A stretch of DNA of 64,000 nucleotides from Stegostoma tigrinum. Taxonomy: Eukaryota. Location of the stretch: NCBI RefSeq assembly GCF_030684315.1, contig NC_081382.1:20956367-21020366 (forward strand), in the 5' to 3' direction. The position numbers and the translations under genes are program-made. Of this stretch, positions 62,425 through 64,000 are shown in pieces. Within the stretch, counting starts at the first letter, position 1, and each line of letters begins with the position of its first letter. The notes under the pieces were generated by a model. It did no database searches. It was not told the origin of the DNA and worked only from the letters and a program-made list of their open reading frames with translations.

Positions 62425-62530
62425 ATCAGTTCTGAAGAATGGCCACTGGACCAAAAAGATTAATTCTGTTTCTCTCTCCACAGATGCTGCCAGAGCTGTC
62501 AAGTTTCTCCAGCAATTTTTGATTTTGTGC
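62425..62530 (+). mobile_element. Old solo PLE family B end
   Basis: CAGTTCTGAAGAATGGCCACTGGACC...CACAGATGCTGCCAGA. Confidence 0.65.
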
Positions 62531-63294
62531 TTTTACACAGCTGTATCCAACCTTTGTCAGCAATATCACCAGAAACACTCCAATTGTCACATACTTCAAG
62601 TTCAAGACTGGCTTCAGCAGCCCTCTCCCACAATGAAATTATGTGCAGGCAATAGCTTTCTGCAGACCAAAGCAAATTCATATAAGGTTGCCTTACCAGT
62701 TAAACCTATCCTTTTGAAGTGTCTGAAAGTGAGATACTATTAACATCAAAATTATTTCTAATTAAAGTTTTAATGCTAAGTTTGTTGAACAGAAGGTTGT
62801 GTTGTGTAAGTCAATGCTTATGAATGGACGAACATTCATGTTACATTGGTTCCACCCATTCCACTGATGCCACAGGCAGACTGTAGGTGAGGAAAAGGAC
62901 TTCTACTCCGCTTTTTGTGGGAGCAGACGTACTTAAGACAGTTCCCTAAAATCCTATAATTATGCCTGGCCACCTTTAGTTGTGCTTATTGCTGTTATGT
63001 AATAAACCTTCTTACAAACAAGAACAATGTCTCTTTTGTTGATACTCTACAATGATATAGATTGGCCCAAGACAAAGGAATACTGATAACAGAGGACTGC
63101 CTCCCACGATGGCAAATACCACAAAGAACCAGCAGTGGTCATTTGTAAGTTCACAACCCTTCAGTGTGAAAATAAGGTAGAAAGCATTGACCTAGGTCAT
63201 TTCCACCTTCTAATATTTGATTACAGAACAGCAGTGTCAGAGGCTATGTCACAGGACGCTTGCCTGTTTTCTCTATAAGAGAAAATGGCACATA

Positions 63295-64000
63295 ACAAAA
63301 GACTTAGATTTATACAGCATCTTTCACAACTTCAGGATAGCAAAAAGAACTGTACAGTCAACAAAGTACTTTGGAAGTGTAGTAAATTCAATAGCCAATT
63401 TGTATACAGTGAGCTCCCACCAACAACAATGTGACAATGATTAGATTAGATTAGATTCCCTATAGTGTGGAAACAGGCTCTTCGGCCCAACAAGTCCACA
63501 CCACCCCTTGGATCATCCCACCCAGACCCATCCCCCTATAACCCACACACCCTTGAACACTATGGGCAATTTGGCACAGCCAATCCACCTAGCCTGCACA
63601 TATTTGGACTGTGGGAGGAAACTGGAGCACCCGGAGGAAACCCACGCAGACTCGGGGAGATTGTGCAAACTCCGCACAGACAGCTGCAGGAGGCTGGAAT
63701 CGAACCCAGGTCCCTGGTGCTGTGAGGCTGCAGTGCTAACCACTGAGCCACCGTGCCGCCCCGAAGGATAATCCACTTTATTTCAAATTATAATGGTTAA
63801 AGATTCAGACTAATTCCCTTACTCTTCTTCCAAATAGTGTCAATGCGAGCAGGGCCTTGTTTTAACATTTCATTCAAAAGGCAGCACCTCCATTAGTGCA
63901 GCCCTATAACTACTGCACTGAAGTGTTAGCCAGGTTTTTATGCTCAAGTCACTGGAGTGAGACATGTATCCATAACCTTTGGCTCAGAGCTGAGGGTACA
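63295..64000 (-). mobile_element. Old DeuSINE-like element split by an HE1-like SINE
   Basis: Minus strand GGAGGTGCTGCCTTTTGAATGAAATGTTAAA resembles the Deu-domain core GGAGGTGCCGTCTTTCGGATGAGACG as recalled. Tail at 63295-63438. Confidence 0.55.
63439..63762 (-). mobile_element. Young HE1-like SINE
   Basis: Minus strand GGCGGCACGGTGGCTCAGTGG, B-box GGTTCGATTCC, (AATCT)n tail. Confidence 0.92.

Noticed and set aside
1-64000. Host protein-coding exons among the short ORFs
   Set aside because: No non-transposon ORF showed a recognisable domain or consistent splice structure. Small exons cannot be excluded without alignment or RNA data.

Overview
AT-rich, repeat-dense vertebrate non-coding DNA. 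It is most likely from an elasmobranch (shark), inferred from HE1-like V-SINEs, DeuSINE-like fragments and CR1 LINEs. No host exon or intact gene was identifiable, and most ORFs in the track are transposon-derived or spurious. The main signal is about 20 insertions from three families (called A, B and C here) of Penelope-like retroelements (PLEs). Most are head-to-head fold-back hairpins of 0.08-2 kb with both 3' ends pointing outward and one arm carrying an extra ~30-40 nt tail. At least 14 are flanked by 14-16 bp target-site duplications (TSDs). Each family carries its own minimal hammerhead-ribozyme motif near the 3' end, and long family A arms also encode a GIY-YIG endonuclease C-terminus. 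Junction details suggest how they integrate: one apparently perfect 897-bp hairpin is nested in another PLE, two elements have arms that look copied from different templates, one has captured 26 bp of nearby genomic DNA, and many 5' breakpoints sit just upstream of the ribozyme core. Also present are many 5'-truncated CR1 LINEs, an older CR1/L2-like LINE with its partner SINE, decayed PIF/Harbinger-like remnants, a SINE-derived 52-bp minisatellite and a 25-bp minisatellite. Coordinates were read by eye, so old-repeat boundaries are approximate.
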